DNA from: Epiperipatus broadwayi
Taxonomy: Eukaryota > Animalia > Onychophora
Reading direction: 5' to 3'
DNA: 64,000 nt
Assembly (NCBI GenBank): GCA_028023455.1
Contig: JAQFVV010000005.1
Coordinates: 12,152,001-12,216,000 of the forward strand
Part shown: piece after piece, positions 1-13,060 of the stretch
How positions within the stretch are numbered: position 1 is the stretch's first letter
Layout of the letters: every line of letters starts with the position of its first letter
The notes under the pieces: model-generated
What the model saw: only the letters and a program-made list of their open reading frames with translations
Databases searched by the model: none
Told to the model about the DNA's origin: nothing
Made by a program: the position numbers and the translations under genes

Positions 1-1767
1 ATGTTTATTGGATATATAAAGCTGTAGTTCTTTCTCATGACTGCAGTATTGTTTTACAATTAATTTATATATATGTGTGTGTGTATTGAAATGTATTTTA
101 ATTACTTTTCATTTTGAATATTTGTTGTATGCAATTCTGAGTTTAATTTTGTGACACTTTCTGGTTGGTCATTTATAAATTAATATTAAAAAAAACATTA
201 TATACATTACATTAACTTTTTATAGCTTAATATTGTATCATGTACCAAGGTTAATGTTAAAGTTAGACTTTGTATATTTTTTTAGAATTAATTAGAAAAA
301 TGTATTTTTATATGTAAATAAAAAAATAACTATTTTAAAAATTAATGTATTGTTTTTTTTTTTTTTAGAATAAATATCCAAGTCATGAAAGTATTTATGT
401 GGAACGATTTATATTAGAAATAAATCATGTTATCAATAAGTCTACTTTCCTAAACTTTAGCATATTCCATTATATGAATAAAATTACAAACATATTTATT
501 TACTTTTGAGTTCATACACACATTAAATAAAATTATAAAAACTATTATGCACATTTTAATTAAAAATTAAATAAAAATTATTTTCAGTAAACCCTCCTCC
601 TCCTATTATTTTAGAGGAAGTAAATAGATATAATCAAATTATTTATTATAACCTTTAATATATATACATATACTGCACATACATATTTTGTTCTATATTT
701 TGTGGTATTTGGATATGCTTATAGGGTTTTTAGTAATCAATTATCACCTATATAGAGGTGCAACAGCTGCTATTAGTGTGATCTCCTTCCCTGATAAGAC
801 AGTCAAAGCAATTACTCCCTGAGTTTGAATACTGTGGTATAACGTGGCCATAAAGGGGTGAGAATTGGATGAATTGACACAAATTGTATCTAAGTTAACA
901 AAAATACATAGAGCTAGTCTATTGGAAGTAGGTAAATCATAGGTTTTGTATTTCATTGTGTAATGATTTGCATCCTGTCCAAAGACCTAAAGTCCGACCA
1001 TAGTAAGATGTGCTCCCCCTATCTCCTGACAAATCTGCCGGTCCATTACAATATATATATATATGTGCTAGATACATTCCTAAATATCATATAAAGAGTG
1101 TAAGCATTTTAAATAATGTTTTGTTTTACTATATTCGTATGATTTTTAAGTTCTAGTGGTCCATTTAGTTAAATATAGCTATATACCCTGCAATTCATTG
1201 CCATGTTTTTCTCTAGGGTTTGTAGTAGGTAAATAGAGAGGCTAACATTTAAGAAGCTGGAGAGAAATTTGAACCCAATCTATATATATTTCTCATTTTA
1301 GAGATGATGCTCTAATCTACAGCAATGTTTTCTCTAAGAGTAGACTGTCTGATTTAAAAATATAAGAACTGATTATACTAAACCAATCAATGTGCAACAA
1401 AAAAATTGTCAAAATTTAGCATTTATTTGTATTTTTACGCAAAAAAATAGTTTATATATAATAAAATACAGTAGAACATAAAAATAATAACAAAATTCAA
1501 TAATTTATTTATTTTATTTATATTAATCAAACAATACATATAAAAAAGAGAAATAATCCAATCAAGATAAACTTGTGCTAGGAGTCTTTCTTAAATTATT
1601 AATTACAAACCAAAAACAAAAACACCAACAAAAATAATAATAAATTACATTACTATACTATAAATACTAAAACAAGTAAACCAAAACAAATAATATAAGA
1701 ATAAATACAACCAAAAAGATATACATATTAAATAAAAAATATATATACATATTAATTAATCAATGTA

Positions 1768-2112
1768 TTACACAGGAGACAATAACCAAAATTTTAAATA
1801 TTTTTTAAAAATATAAAAAGATAAATTATCAACATCAATTGAACAGTCAGTAACAAAAGAATTAAAGAGCGTGAGTCCACTGTAACTAAATTGCATACGA
1901 CTGTTTTCTAAAAAAAAATCTAGAACCACCAGTTGAAATTTGTTAGCCAAGCGGGTATTTATAATTGATTCTTTACGACACAGTAAAAAATGATGACAAT
2001 ATATATCAATGATAATTCTAAGCTTATATAGTTTAGAAATAAATAACACACCAGAATTGACATATATATCTCGCACAGAGGTCAATCTAGGTCTACCAAA
2101 TAATAATGACAA
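1768..2112 (-). mobile_element. 3' end of a CR1/L2-type LINE ORF2 (remnant)
   Basis: Translation ends RMQFSYSGLTLFNSFVTDCSIDVDNLSFYIFKKYLKFWLL, resembling the SFxYxGxxLWN...FKxxLKxxL C-terminus of CR1/L2 ORF2. It is followed by an AT-rich tail. Confidence 0.5.
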
Positions 2113-3755
2113 TAATAATAATAATATAATTATAATAATAATATTATTATTGTTGTTGTTTAAATTATTCTTATTAGTATACAGAATTATTTATTAAGGG
2201 GGAAGGCAGCATTATGCTATAAATGTTTCTTGGTTGTGCCTTTTTTGAAGATCCTAGCATTGAATTGAGGGCCTGCTCTTGTCATTGTATGCCATGTTGA
2301 GTTCTATCTCTAACATTGCACCACTATCCATATAACTTTACATTCTTTTTACTATTATTACTTATTTGCCTCTAAGTCTCTAATCATAAGAGCAAGGTAT
2401 TTCATAGATCAAATAAATCACAAATTTAGACTGACCATTAAGATTTAATGAAGCATATTCAAGTGTGCAATGCATCGTTATTTTTGTTTTGCTATGTAAA
2501 TCATCCTCTAAATCTCTGAGATTATTGATTGAGCAAGAGGGTTATATTGATACATATTTTTATTTGTTGTTTGGGTTGTTATTGGTTATTGTAATAAAAT
2601 TGAGGTTAACTTTAATGTTTTTCATGCCTGTATTATATATCTTAAGGTTGGTAGTGGATTCTTATACACCCTAGAATTACAGGATGAGATTCATTCTCTT
2701 GATAGACAAATTCTGTCCTAATCTTCCAGGAAAAAACATTTAAGTAGATGAATAATTACTTTTTTATTAGCAGAATTCATGGGTAAATATACAATTACAA
2801 TAATAAGTAAATGAGAACAATGAGAAATGGAAATGTATATCCACAATTTCATTATCTCATTTCTCTAGCCACAAAGATATTCTATAGATTTAGGCCCATT
2901 CCATTTAAAATAAAGCTAGTCTGACTTTTCAAGTTTTCACCTACCCACAAAAATAAGTATATAAAAGAGAAGGGAAGAAAAAACATTAATAAAAGCTATC
3001 TAGCTCAGAGTTATTATTTTTCTCTAAATATTCCTTTCATTCTTATTCATACGACCAAGAGAACTTTTTTAAAAAAACTAATTCATAACAGTAAATAAAG
3101 GTATCTCGATAAAGAAGAATATGGGAAAAACGTAGGGGGAGGGGTGAATAGAAAGGGCAAATAAGGTGGCTAACAGGTTTTTCTTGAATATATTGGCCGA
3201 GAGATTTCTGACTTCAATAAAGAAGTACACATAAATGGCTATCTGCTAATAATAATGATACATATATATTTTTTAGATAAGAGGGATGGTTTTATTGGGA
3301 AAAGAAATTTGTCTAAAAGAAATTAATCAGATTTATTAGAGAAGGGAAATAAAATGGCAAGTGATTAATTTATAATAAATGTTATTATCCAGAAAGTAAA
3401 ATGATTAATTTAGATTCCCACATTCGTGGCATGGGTGTATTGCATATCGAATAGAGATCCCAAAGACATATACTACGCGTGCTGATGATGTTAATAGATA
3501 GAATTAGCAATTTTCAAAACAAAATTCTAATGTAATTTTTTTCCAAAAAACAATACAAATTATTGGAGATATAGATATAATTTTAAAATGTAATTTTATA
3601 TACTGCATATATATATAAAAATAGTACAAACAAATATAAACGAAATTTTAATGCGCATTTTCAATTAATAAGAGTAATAAAGACAATAACTTAAAGTTGC
3701 AAATTAATGCTAAATTATATAACTTTCAATATATCAAAAAATAAATATATTTTTA

Positions 3756-3908
3756 GACACGAGGGGGCGCCACTTAGTGTTTCCGGATGTAACTTCGTTT
3801 CCGACGAAGCCATTTAACAATATATTATTGACATCCTTATATATTTTATTATATGGTTGTAATGACCACTCATTTCAATAAAGAAAGAATATTTTTTCAA
3901 ATGTTTAG
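3756..3908 (+). promoter_or_regulatory. Candidate promoter / non-coding first exon
   Basis: CpG-retaining patch with CTCF-like GACACGAGGGGGCGCCAC (3756-3773), ETS-like CCGGATGT, YY1/Pho-like GCCATTT, and a donor-like AG|GTAAGA at 3908/3909. Motif evidence only. Confidence 0.3.
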
Positions 3909-4370
3909 GTAAGATTCTGTTAATCGTATAATAACTCACATGTTTTAACATCTGGTTTATTTAAATTATTATGGTTAATATTGACGCTAAAACAACATTG
4001 TTTATTGAAATAAACATACATTAATTGAATGATACGCGCATAAGTAAAGCGAGTGGCCCGGGTTTCTGCTCTGGAAAATGGTTTCGATTGGATGAAGTTA
4101 AGTCGAGAATGCGTTATGAAAACTAAAAAACTTTGAAAACTGAATTGCTTTATTCTAATTGGATATCTTATTTCAAAGTTTTGCAAAGTAGCAAAAATTT
4201 GCTTTTAGGGCTTACTTTATATTTATATCAAGCCATCATAGAGAATACCGTTCTACTGTAAGATATAAATGCATTTTTTTTACTTTTGTTATTCTCAAAC
4301 TATGTATTATTTATAATATTTTCTTTAAATAGACACTTCCACTATTCTTAAATATTGTTAAATGATGCAT

Positions 4371-4610
4371 TTAAACATCACATGATCTCCATTCTTTCCT
4401 AAGATCATTCCTATGATTCATACCTAAGATCTAGGTGCAGTGCTCTCAGATCCAAGGCCCCTCACTGATGAAAGCCACAAGCTAGAAACTAGTCAGGGAT
4501 ATTGAATGAGTAGGCACTAGGTAGGGATTTTATGCACAAACCTTGCATCCATTGATTACTCTGGCTTGCACTGAGTGGTACTAATGTATGGAGAGTTTAG
4601 CCTCTGTGTA
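4371..4610 (+). mobile_element. Hammerhead-bearing non-autonomous retroelement, family A (copy 1)
   Basis: Short inverted piece AAACATCACATGATC followed by a sense segment matching the copies at 21.2, 50.6 and 52.0 kb. Confidence 0.8.
4459..4499 (+). ncRNA. Minimal type I hammerhead ribozyme (family A, weakened stem I)
   Basis: CCCTCA-CTGATGA-A-AGC cacaa GCT-A-GAAA-CTAG-TC-AGGGA. Confidence 0.6.
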
Positions 4611-4850
4611 CGACACATCTAACATTGCACCAAACTATACAGAGCTTTAAACGATATTATAACGTGATATACCGTTTCCATATATATTTTTACGCACATA
4701 TATATAATCTTGAAAGATTGCGTGTATGTAGTTCAGTATTTCTGGAATCTTTTTAACCCATCCTCGGTGATTAGTTGGGATGTACGTCCTAAACAACCTA
4801 CCCAACTCACATGGGTTCGATTGCGGATTCCTAATTGATGTCAGTATGTG

Positions 4851-5996
4851 TTAGAGCCCTGATTTCTGAACCCATGCTTTCCATTCTCCAGAGATAAATG
4901 GTGTGCCATGATCTGAGAGGATGCTTTGAAATGGAGCACTGTTCCGATGTCCATTAGAGTAGGCTTGCTCATCTGGGTAATTTAGATCTGAACCTCTTCT
5001 GGTCGGTTCGGACATTTTAGCTCTTTCTGATCTATCAGGAAATGCCTGGTTTCCTTCCCAATAATCACGATGAGGATTGAATTGCATTCTTCCTATGTGC
5101 GGATCGTTGGGATGGGGTTTAAATACCCGATCCTCCACCTTGTAATTAGGCCTAGTGCCGTCAAACACACTCAGCAACTCAGTAACATGCCCGACAGTCT
5201 TTCTTTCTGGGCCTATAAGCATTTGCTCCGCATTGTTACTTTTGCTACTGATTTGCAAGCACTTGCTTACACTTTCTTGTTCTTTACTGTTAGCTTTGGT
5301 CATCTCTATCATATTTTCTATTTTATTTTCACCCCTTTCTACCCTCACTTCTATCTTCTCAACTGTTTCCACTAACTGACTTACATCTAGTCGTAGATTT
5401 TCTATAACATTTCCATTTTCATCTTTTATTACTTCAATTTTCTCCCCTTGCTCTAACTTATCTTGCTCTATTTCACGGCACATTGTTTCCAGTTTATATT
5501 CGACATACTCCATCCCCTCATTTACTTTCAACTCAACGCCGTGTTTTATGTTATCCCATTCTCCCAGAAGGCACTGCTCTATTTCCCCCAGTAATCCCTC
5601 CTGGTGATCCAACCTTTCATTCACAACCTTCACTTGATATGAGGTTTGTTGACATTTTTTATTTACTTGTTCAACCTTTTGGCCAAAATTCTTACTTAGT
5701 CATTCGTCCAACTCTTTTATCTTCCTACTATTTCTTTCATCTCTTTCCCTCATTTCTATAAACAACTGTTGCTGGCCTTCCATTATTTTCGTAAGCATAT
5801 CCATTATAATGCAGCTTTCTATTTTATCTTTATTATCAATCTTCGTCTCCATTCCCTTGCAAATTTCTATCTCCCTTTCACTAGCTATTTCTCCGGACGG
5901 TTCCATTTGTTCTTCGGAGGTTTTTTCTATTTTGCCTACTAGAGCGTCCATTTTTGTTTTGATCTCATGTGCATAAAATCTATCTGTCACGCACAC
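4851..5996 (-). pseudogene. gag-like coiled-coil ORF of a truncated LTR retrotransposon
   Basis: ORFs 5700..5996 and 4851..5633 share one frame, split only by a TGA at 5702-5700. The product is an E/K-rich coiled coil downstream of an LTR end and PBS. No pol is present. Confidence 0.55.
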
Positions 5997-6363
5997 TAAC
6001 TAATCACTTATATTTTATTCTACGGCTTTATTATTCTAACTCTCTCCTTATAGGATTATCTTACTTTACTGACTTTATATTTTACTGACACTAGGTACGT
6101 TTGTTCGACTCTCCCTGTCCCACTCACTAATCATCACCCACCCGTGCCTGCTTTCAAGACCCCTCCGCAACTGTCTCCAATTTACAACCTAACTTTCCAA
6201 ATTATATCACGTTCTCTTTCTCTCCTTTTACCCTCTATTATTTTATTTTATTTCTTGCTTTTGTCTACCACCAAGCTATTTTTGATTTGTTTATTAATTA
6301 TTGCATAAACTATTAGTTTTGTTATACTCAAATTCAAATGGGCTGAACTTGTAAACGTGAAAA

Positions 6364-6383
6364 TATCCTGGAAACTGGCCCCC
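6364..6383 (-). other. tRNA-Pro-like primer-binding site
   Basis: Minus strand TGGGGGCCAGTTTCCAGGAT lies 2 nt after an LTR end (...CCGTTACA) and resembles the tRNA-Pro PBS TGGGGGCTCGTCCGGGAT. Confidence 0.55.
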
Positions 6384-6385
6384 AA

Positions 6386-6625
6386 TTGTAACGGAAATAA
6401 TGACTTTTGTGAACAGAAATGGTTTTTGATGGAAATTCTTATTTGTTGATTGATTTTATTAGTTTTCTTAGTTCTATTATTTTATTTATTTTTATCTTAC
6501 AACGTTTTATTTTCACTTATATTTATTTTATAGCATTTTATTCATTATACTTTATTTTTTTCCAACTTTGATTCTTCCTTTCATTTATTTATTTCTTAAT
6601 TTAATTAATAGCCAATGTCGTTACA
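6386..6625 (-). mobile_element. 5' LTR (far boundary uncertain)
   Basis: Bounded by TGTAACG...CGTTACA. Sequence related to the 19 kb LTR (GTTATATTTCCCGGYCAA, CAGCGCTTG) continues to about 6850, so the LTR may be longer or compound. Confidence 0.45.
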
Positions 6626-7189
6626 ATGCAAGCAAAGAGCAAATACAGATACAAATTTACTTCATATCTGTACCATTGACTGAACCCCGAGGCAATACGT
6701 ACATATTATCTTGGCGTTATATTTCCCGGCCAATAACTCTTGGCTGCTGAACAAAGCAAAACTATTTCCAAGAAATTTACAAATGTCCAGCGCTTGCTAT
6801 TTATTTTATATAATTGGGAAGATTCTCACAAACAAGCAGCACATGAATATCTTTTAAACTCAGCCTTACCCTTTAATCACTAAATTACAATTTTCCCCCT
6901 GTCGTAGTTTGGTGATAGGAGAATAAAGCAAGTGCAAATATGTTTAATAACACTCACACACATATATAAAAAAATACCTAATAATAATAAAAAAATTACA
7001 CGCTTATATAAATTACATAACAATGATAAATAGAGTAAAACATATTGAATATTAAAGTTACGTATTTAAGTTCTCCTGAAATTATACTGGGCAGTGTTCT
7101 AAGTCTATCAAGATTATTTCTTCCTAATTAGATTTTATTGTCTGGTTCTTTCCTTCTTTATTTATTGGTAAATATAAAAATAAAAAATG

Positions 7190-7525
7190 CATGCATGCTT
7201 TTTACCTAGGTTTTCGTTGTAGTTGTTTCCATGGGCATTTCCTTCGATCACTCTTTACCATCCAGTGGGAGATCATCCCTTTTTTTGTAGAGACGGTATA
7301 TCTTTCACTGCTGGCTGGATTGATTTTCTCTCTCAGTTTGTGGGGTTATTTCTCGTTCCAGTTTTTTTTTACTTCTTGTCGATTCTTTAGGTAGATTTTT
7401 AGATTGTTCAGTCACAGAAACGGCAGTCTCTCTAGCAGGTCAGGCATAGATCTTACATTGTGAGTCAGTGGTGAGACGGATTGAATACGAACCCACGTTC
7501 CTTTAACGCCACTAGTCGCGCACTT
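7190..7525 (-). mobile_element. Putative tRNA-derived SINE remnant
   Basis: GC-richer block whose minus strand begins GCGCGACTAGTGG...GGGTTCG (A/B-box-like). Confidence 0.3.
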
Positions 7526-8593
7526 CTTTCATTTTCTTTGAGCTGTTGCTTCCTCAAAATCTCTACTAGTAATGATCAGATAATAATTGTAATTCTCTTA
7601 ACTGTCTTTCTTTTGTTCATTGTTTTTGTAAATTTTTAATTAAGATTTAGATTTCCAACGAATTCTTATCATCATGTTTCTTTATTTAATTAGTGGCTGG
7701 AATGTAGGTTTTAATTATACCACTTTTCCTTGTTATACATTTTCTTTGTCCGAGAAATTTAATTAGTCCAACAGACTTTCACACCTACGGCCATATTGTT
7801 TTTATATTACATATTACATTTAATCTTTATTTAAAAGTTTACAATTCATTTTTCACATTTATGTTTATAATTCATTTTAACTTGTTACAATATAGTTTTT
7901 AACAAGAGAGGAAAAGACGCATTTCTTTATGCATCCCCTTCCCCTCTCCCACAATAAATAGAAATAACTTTCAAGCATTTGACTTACTCGTTTTTTTTTT
8001 TTTAAAAGAGAGAAAGAGACACATTTCTTTATGCACCCCCCTCCCCTTCTCTTACTATTACAAAATCCAAAGTAATTTAGACATTTGAATTTCAACTTTC
8101 TCTTTTCCTTCTTTTTTTTAAAATTTAGTAGCTAATCCATTTACCTTTATTACTTCTAGTAGCTAATTTATCTAATTTTTATTAATAAATATATACGTGT
8201 GACGACGACTTTACGTTATGATATAGATCTGAATGTTAAAAATCTAGACGAAATTGATAAGGAAATTCTTTATTATCACTTTTTATTGCTTGATTTAATA
8301 TAACATCACTTCTCATGCACTTTTTCAAACAATCTTCTAATTGCTTCAACTGAATCTCTAGACTTTGGATTCAATTGAAATGATTATATTAAAAGAAAAT
8401 AAAGTTGCTTGAAGAATTGCAAAAAATGAGAAATGGTGTTTTTTGCAATACCCTATTGCTTAAATAACTGAACTTTGTATGAGTATATTTTACAGCCAAA
8501 ATCAGTTATATATTAGATAAGGTAATATTAAATATTCAATTTTAAGTTTATTACATTATTTAAATATATTATTGATAGTTAAATAATTTTTTA

Positions 8594-8883
8594 CTTTTGG
8601 GAAATATATATATTCTAGCACATGTGCTTGTGCGGCGCAACTGTTCCCAAAAGCTATAAAGTGTTATAAAATAGATAACTAAAAAGAAAAGGGCTGAGGA
8701 CACATGCTATGCTTTATCGAAGAAATGGAATTAGCATATTTGCATATCATTAAACGTAGTAGCAAGCTATGATTATGAAGGCAAGATCCTTTGAAAGCAC
8801 TCAGCTCGTTTGTTTTTAGTTATCTATTTTATAACACTATAGCTTTTGGGAACAGTTGCGCCGCACATACACACGTGCTAGAT
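8594..8883 (+). mobile_element. Fold-back element with central hammerhead (family B)
   Basis: About 85-bp inverted arms (8611-8698 / 8801-8883). The tail TTTTGGGARCAGTTGYGCCGCACA recurs at 38430-38538. Confidence 0.75.
8765..8806 (+). ncRNA. Hammerhead-like ribozyme, A3-U8 core variant
   Basis: AGCT-ATGATTA-T-GAAGG caagat CCTTT-GAAA-GCAC-TC-AGCT. Confidence 0.55.
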
Positions 8884-9065
8884 TATTAATAGTTATAAAA
8901 GTTGTGTAAGATTTTACTTGTATTTTCAAGTTTTCTATTTTTGATGTCAAATTAATAGATTATGATAATTGTTTAATATATTACTTGCAAAAGCATTATA
9001 TAGACTTTGATATTTGCAAATGTTTTTGCAGTGTTCAATTTATTGATTGTTACTTTTTATTTCAG

Positions 9066-10448
9066 GTGGCAGTGATTAACTTTTGACGAAATTTCAATCT
9101 AAAACATCTTAAATCAAATTTTATTACAATGATTACTGCAGATGATTGAGACAAATAGCTGCATTGGAGAAATATTTCATTATTGATTCATTAGAATAGT
9201 TTTCAGGAAGTTTGATCTAGGCCAATTGTTGGGTATTTCAATCATGGCATAATAAGTGTTTAATTAGTGAACTTACCAATCATAAAACTTGAATATAATA
9301 AATAATTATAATATAATTGTATTAATTTATTTGGAACCAATACACTGACAAGTGACTTCCTTAATGAAATCACTAGGTTCTCACAACTTTTAAGTGAAAG
9401 TGATGAATTCCTAATAGAAAAAAGATTGAGATGCAGGAAATTCAATTAAGAGTTATGTTGTAGATTGGGAAACATTACTATTGTTAAAAGACAATGTGAA
9501 GAGATATCATGATTAAATATAAGGAGTCATATTTTTAAGAAGTCTTCAAAATTGGAAATTATTATTGTGAATAATGTGATTAGTTTCTTTTTAAAATATA
9601 AATAATAGATAATAACAAAAAGAAATCATATGTATACACACCATCTGCTTTTAAGAAAGTATTTAAACTTAATAAAATAATTGTTACTGAAAGACTAAAT
9701 TAACAAATATCTAAAAGAAATTGAAATGATTATATATAAGTAGTACATTTTGTCTTTTTTTTAAAAAGTAAGTGAGTAAACAGGAGGAAAAAAAAGTACT
9801 GCATGGATGACTGTCAGACTATTGTGGAAAATATTCTTTAACTGTTTTTATGTGATTTTAAGATATTTTAAAAGGATTTGAATACCATGGGCATGAATTT
9901 CAAGCTGCTAACATTCATTTAAATTTACATAAATATATACAAGAACCCTTTCCGTTAATGTTTTTGTAATTATAAAATTATTATTAAAAAATTTCTAAGA
10001 AATACCCATCGATACTTATTAGTGAAATATCTTTATGCTGTATTTTGTAAGATTAGCATAGCATGTTGAGTTAAAAGCTTTAAAATGTGTAAAGAAGTAC
10101 ATAGAGAAAAAATAACTTTTCATTTCAACTTGAGTGGTCATAAGACGGATCTAAAACATAGCCCAAATACTCATGAAAGCAGACTTTCCAAAAAAAACCT
10201 TTTACCTATAGCTAATACAAGAATACAAAATGAAAAAATATAAAATGGGGAAAAACTTTGCAAAGAATAGATTATGTGATTTTACTATTGCAGTAAAAAT
10301 AGTTTTAAAATATATGAAAAAATATATATGAAAAAAAATATTCATTTGTAGTTTATGTCATTATGTGATTGCTGATTTAAAATTTTTAAACTTCTTCATA
10401 TATGTAATAATACAATTCCTAATAAAAGTCAGTTAAATTCATTAAAGA
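9066..10448 (+). pseudogene. Decayed 5' part of the zinc-finger exon
   Basis: Acceptor TTTTATTTCAG|GTGGCAG at 9065/9066 is homologous to the paralog acceptor at 47760/47759. Degenerate finger remnants (GEK..LCDF, CSLCHY) lie at about 10000-10440. Confidence 0.55.
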
Positions 10449-11351
10449 ATGCATACAAAAGACAAATCTTTCCACTGCACCTTGTGTGATTTTAAAACTG
10501 CTGTAAAAGGAAATTTAAAAACTCATGGAAAAATACATACAGGAGAAAAGCCTTTTCATTGCCCTTTGTGTGATTATAAGACAGCTATAAAGGGAAGTTT
10601 AAAAATACACAAAAGAACACATACTGGTGAAAAACCTTTTCATTGTAACTCGTGTCATTATAAAGCTGCTGATAGTGGAAATTTAAAAATTCATGAAAGA
10701 ATACATACAGGAGAAAAGCCTTTCCATTGCAGTTTTTGTGATTATAAGACTGCTGTAAAACATAGTTTAAATAGTCATAAAAGAAGACATACTGGTGAAA
10801 AACCTTTCTGGTGTAGCTTTTGTAATTATAAAACTGCTAACAAAGGATATTTGAAGATTCATGAAAGAATGCATTTAGGACAAAAACCATTTCACTGTAT
10901 CTTATGTGACTATAAGACAGCTGTCAAAAGTAGACTAAAAACACATGAAAGATCACACATGCATGAAAAACCTTTTGTCTGCAGCGTGTGTGATTATAAG
11001 TCTGCTATAAAATGTAATTTAAAAACTCATGAAAAGATACATACTGGAGAAATTCATAAAATATCACATACTAATGTCAGACCCTTTTGCTGCAGTTCAT
11101 GTAATTACAAAGCAGCTTCTGAACGTGCTGTGACTATACATAATAGACATGCTCATGAAAGATATTCTTTTCTGAAGTTTGATCAAAATAAACAAGAAAG
11201 AAATTACGTACCACAAAATTGTCACAGTACTCAAGTGTTTAGGTGTTCTTTATGTGATTACAAAAACATGCAGAAAAGGATTTTGAATAATCATGAAGCA
11301 AGTCATTTCACTGATCATGACACTCTTGAGATTCTTATACAATTTATATGA
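10449..11351 (+). CDS. Tandem C2H2 zinc-finger protein (9 fingers, 300 aa)
   Basis: Intact ORF with nine CxxC-x12-HxxxH units and HTGEKPF linkers. No effector domain is visible. Confidence 0.88.
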   Translation: MHTKDKSFHCTLCDFKTAVKGNLKTHGKIHTGEKPFHCPLCDYKTAIKGSLKIHKRTHTGEKPFHCNSCHYKAADSGNLKIHERIHTGEKPFHCSFCDYKTAVKHSLNSHKRRHTGEKPFWCSFCNYKTANKGYLKIHERMHLGQKPFHCILCDYKTAVKSRLKTHERSHMHEKPFVCSVCDYKSAIKCNLKTHEKIHTGEIHKISHTNVRPFCCSSCNYKAASERAVTIHNRHAHERYSFLKFDQNKQERNYVPQNCHSTQVFRCSLCDYKNMQKRILNNHEASHFTDHDTLEILIQFI

Positions 11352-12119
11352 TAATATTATGATTATTCTAGTAATTACTACAAAATAATTCATTTTAAAT
11401 GCCAAAATGTTATTCTTTAGGTTGATGTGAATTATTTAGAGAATAAAAATGGCTACGTAGAATAATAACTAAGACTTAAAATTTTAAAAATTATTTAGAG
11501 ATAATAAATACTGGACTTTTTTTTTCTTTTTAGTACCAGATCATTCAAATTTAAATTAATCCATGCTGAATATATTGATAATAATGATAGATGGAAATGT
11601 ATTGAGCTTGCTGAATGATAGTTTATCAAGAATATTGGTAATAAACTATTCTTTTTCTCTCAGTTTTTCATTTTGGTTCCTTTACCAAATAAATCAGCTG
11701 TCTCTATTCAAAGATGAACCTAATATATAAGTGTAGCATTATAACTGATAAAATCAAATATTTATAAATGCAGCATTGTTAATTATACATATTTAACAAC
11801 ACATTTAAGAGAGTATGAGAAAGAGAATTAATTTATTTCTTCTTTAACCACATTTACAAATATTTTTAATTCTTGTGAGTCACATACACTAATATATTTA
11901 AGTAATATGCACCATAGTAGATTCTTATTTCTGTTACATATAAGCCAATGATGGCCAACACACTGAAAATATAAATCCTCAGAGTGGATCCCAATTGCTA
12001 CTTTATCAGAATTAATATTCATAATGGATTATGGAGTATTTGGCCATAGTGATTGTTTCTTATGGTTTATAGCTTCAAATTACAATATGTAATTAGCAAA
12101 TATACTACTGATACACATG

Positions 12120-12548
12120 CAGAAAAGATAAATAATCACCAATATACATATTTCGTGCTAAACCAGCACTCGTCAGTTGGTCCAGATTATCATCTCTCAT
12201 ACATATATAATCAGTGCTCAGTTTATATTAAGATAGCAAATCCTTACACTTTAATGGACAGGCTTTAACCTACTCTAACTCTTCAGCCATTCATATCATT
12301 GAAAATCTGATGATAGAATTATCCAAATCCCATGCTGATGCCAATATTATTGTCATATCCATGTTGACCTCAAGTTACTCTGACCCCTCATGTACAGGAC
12401 TATCCATTTAACTGCATAGAGGAATGGGCAGAGTGCAGGCTTAATATGTAAGATTTGAAATACCAGGCACTCTTAAACCTGGAGCCTAATTATAAATATA
12501 GGGGATTTGAACTCAGACTTTCAAGCCACTTCACTATCCACATTATTT
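12120..12548 (-). mobile_element. SINE-like insertion with 19-bp TSD
   Basis: Direct repeat TATACTACTGATACACATG at 12101-12119 and 12549-12567. Minus-strand TAGTGAAGTGG (A box) and GAGTTCAAATCCCC (B box) sit at the head, but unusually close together. Confidence 0.45.
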
Positions 12549-13060
12549 TATACTACTGATACACATGACCACACACATGCAGAAAAGATGAAGTGAAATG
12601 AGAAACCAATGATAAGAATTTATTTACATAATTAATATAATGTAGAAATAAATACTATAGATAAATAACTCAATATCTGATACCCATAACTTGGGTAATG
12701 TATATTTTTTATTAGTTTAAAAAAAAATTAATAATAGGATATTTGGTTATTTTAAATAAATTGATGTGTGAAAAATATATCATGGCCCTTAACTCGCACA
12801 TGAATTCACATCAGGACAAAGACATGCATATATTGGTTCATACTTTTCAATCATTCCTCACTAAGGCTGTGTCTTGTGCATGATACATTTCTTGTAGATA
12901 TTTTTATTTATAATGTTGGGCAGAGATATCATTGTAAGTTTTAAAAAATATATTTCTCAATATTTTTTGTTAAAAGACATTTACACTGTTAAATAAAATA
13001 TTCTTCCTAATATCTGTATTTTTGTATGATAAAAGCAAATAAATTATAAAAATCAAATAT

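Noticed and set aside
744-956. Short ORF faintly like a LINE endonuclease
   Set aside because: No diagnostic catalytic motif.
3481-3510. Isolated CTGATGA/CTGAAGA hits (also 12307, 15145, 18183, 22627, 25662, 28804)
   Set aside because: No stem II-GAAA-helix III-stem I fold around them.
5070-5761. Plus-strand ORFs 5070..5375, 5155..5379 and 5483..5761
   Set aside because: Antisense shadows of the gag-like ORF.
8850-8883. Helitron-like 3' end (GCAC..GTGCTAG)
   Set aside because: It is mirrored at both ends of an HHR-containing fold-back, and there is no 5' TC end. It is better explained as the family B tail.
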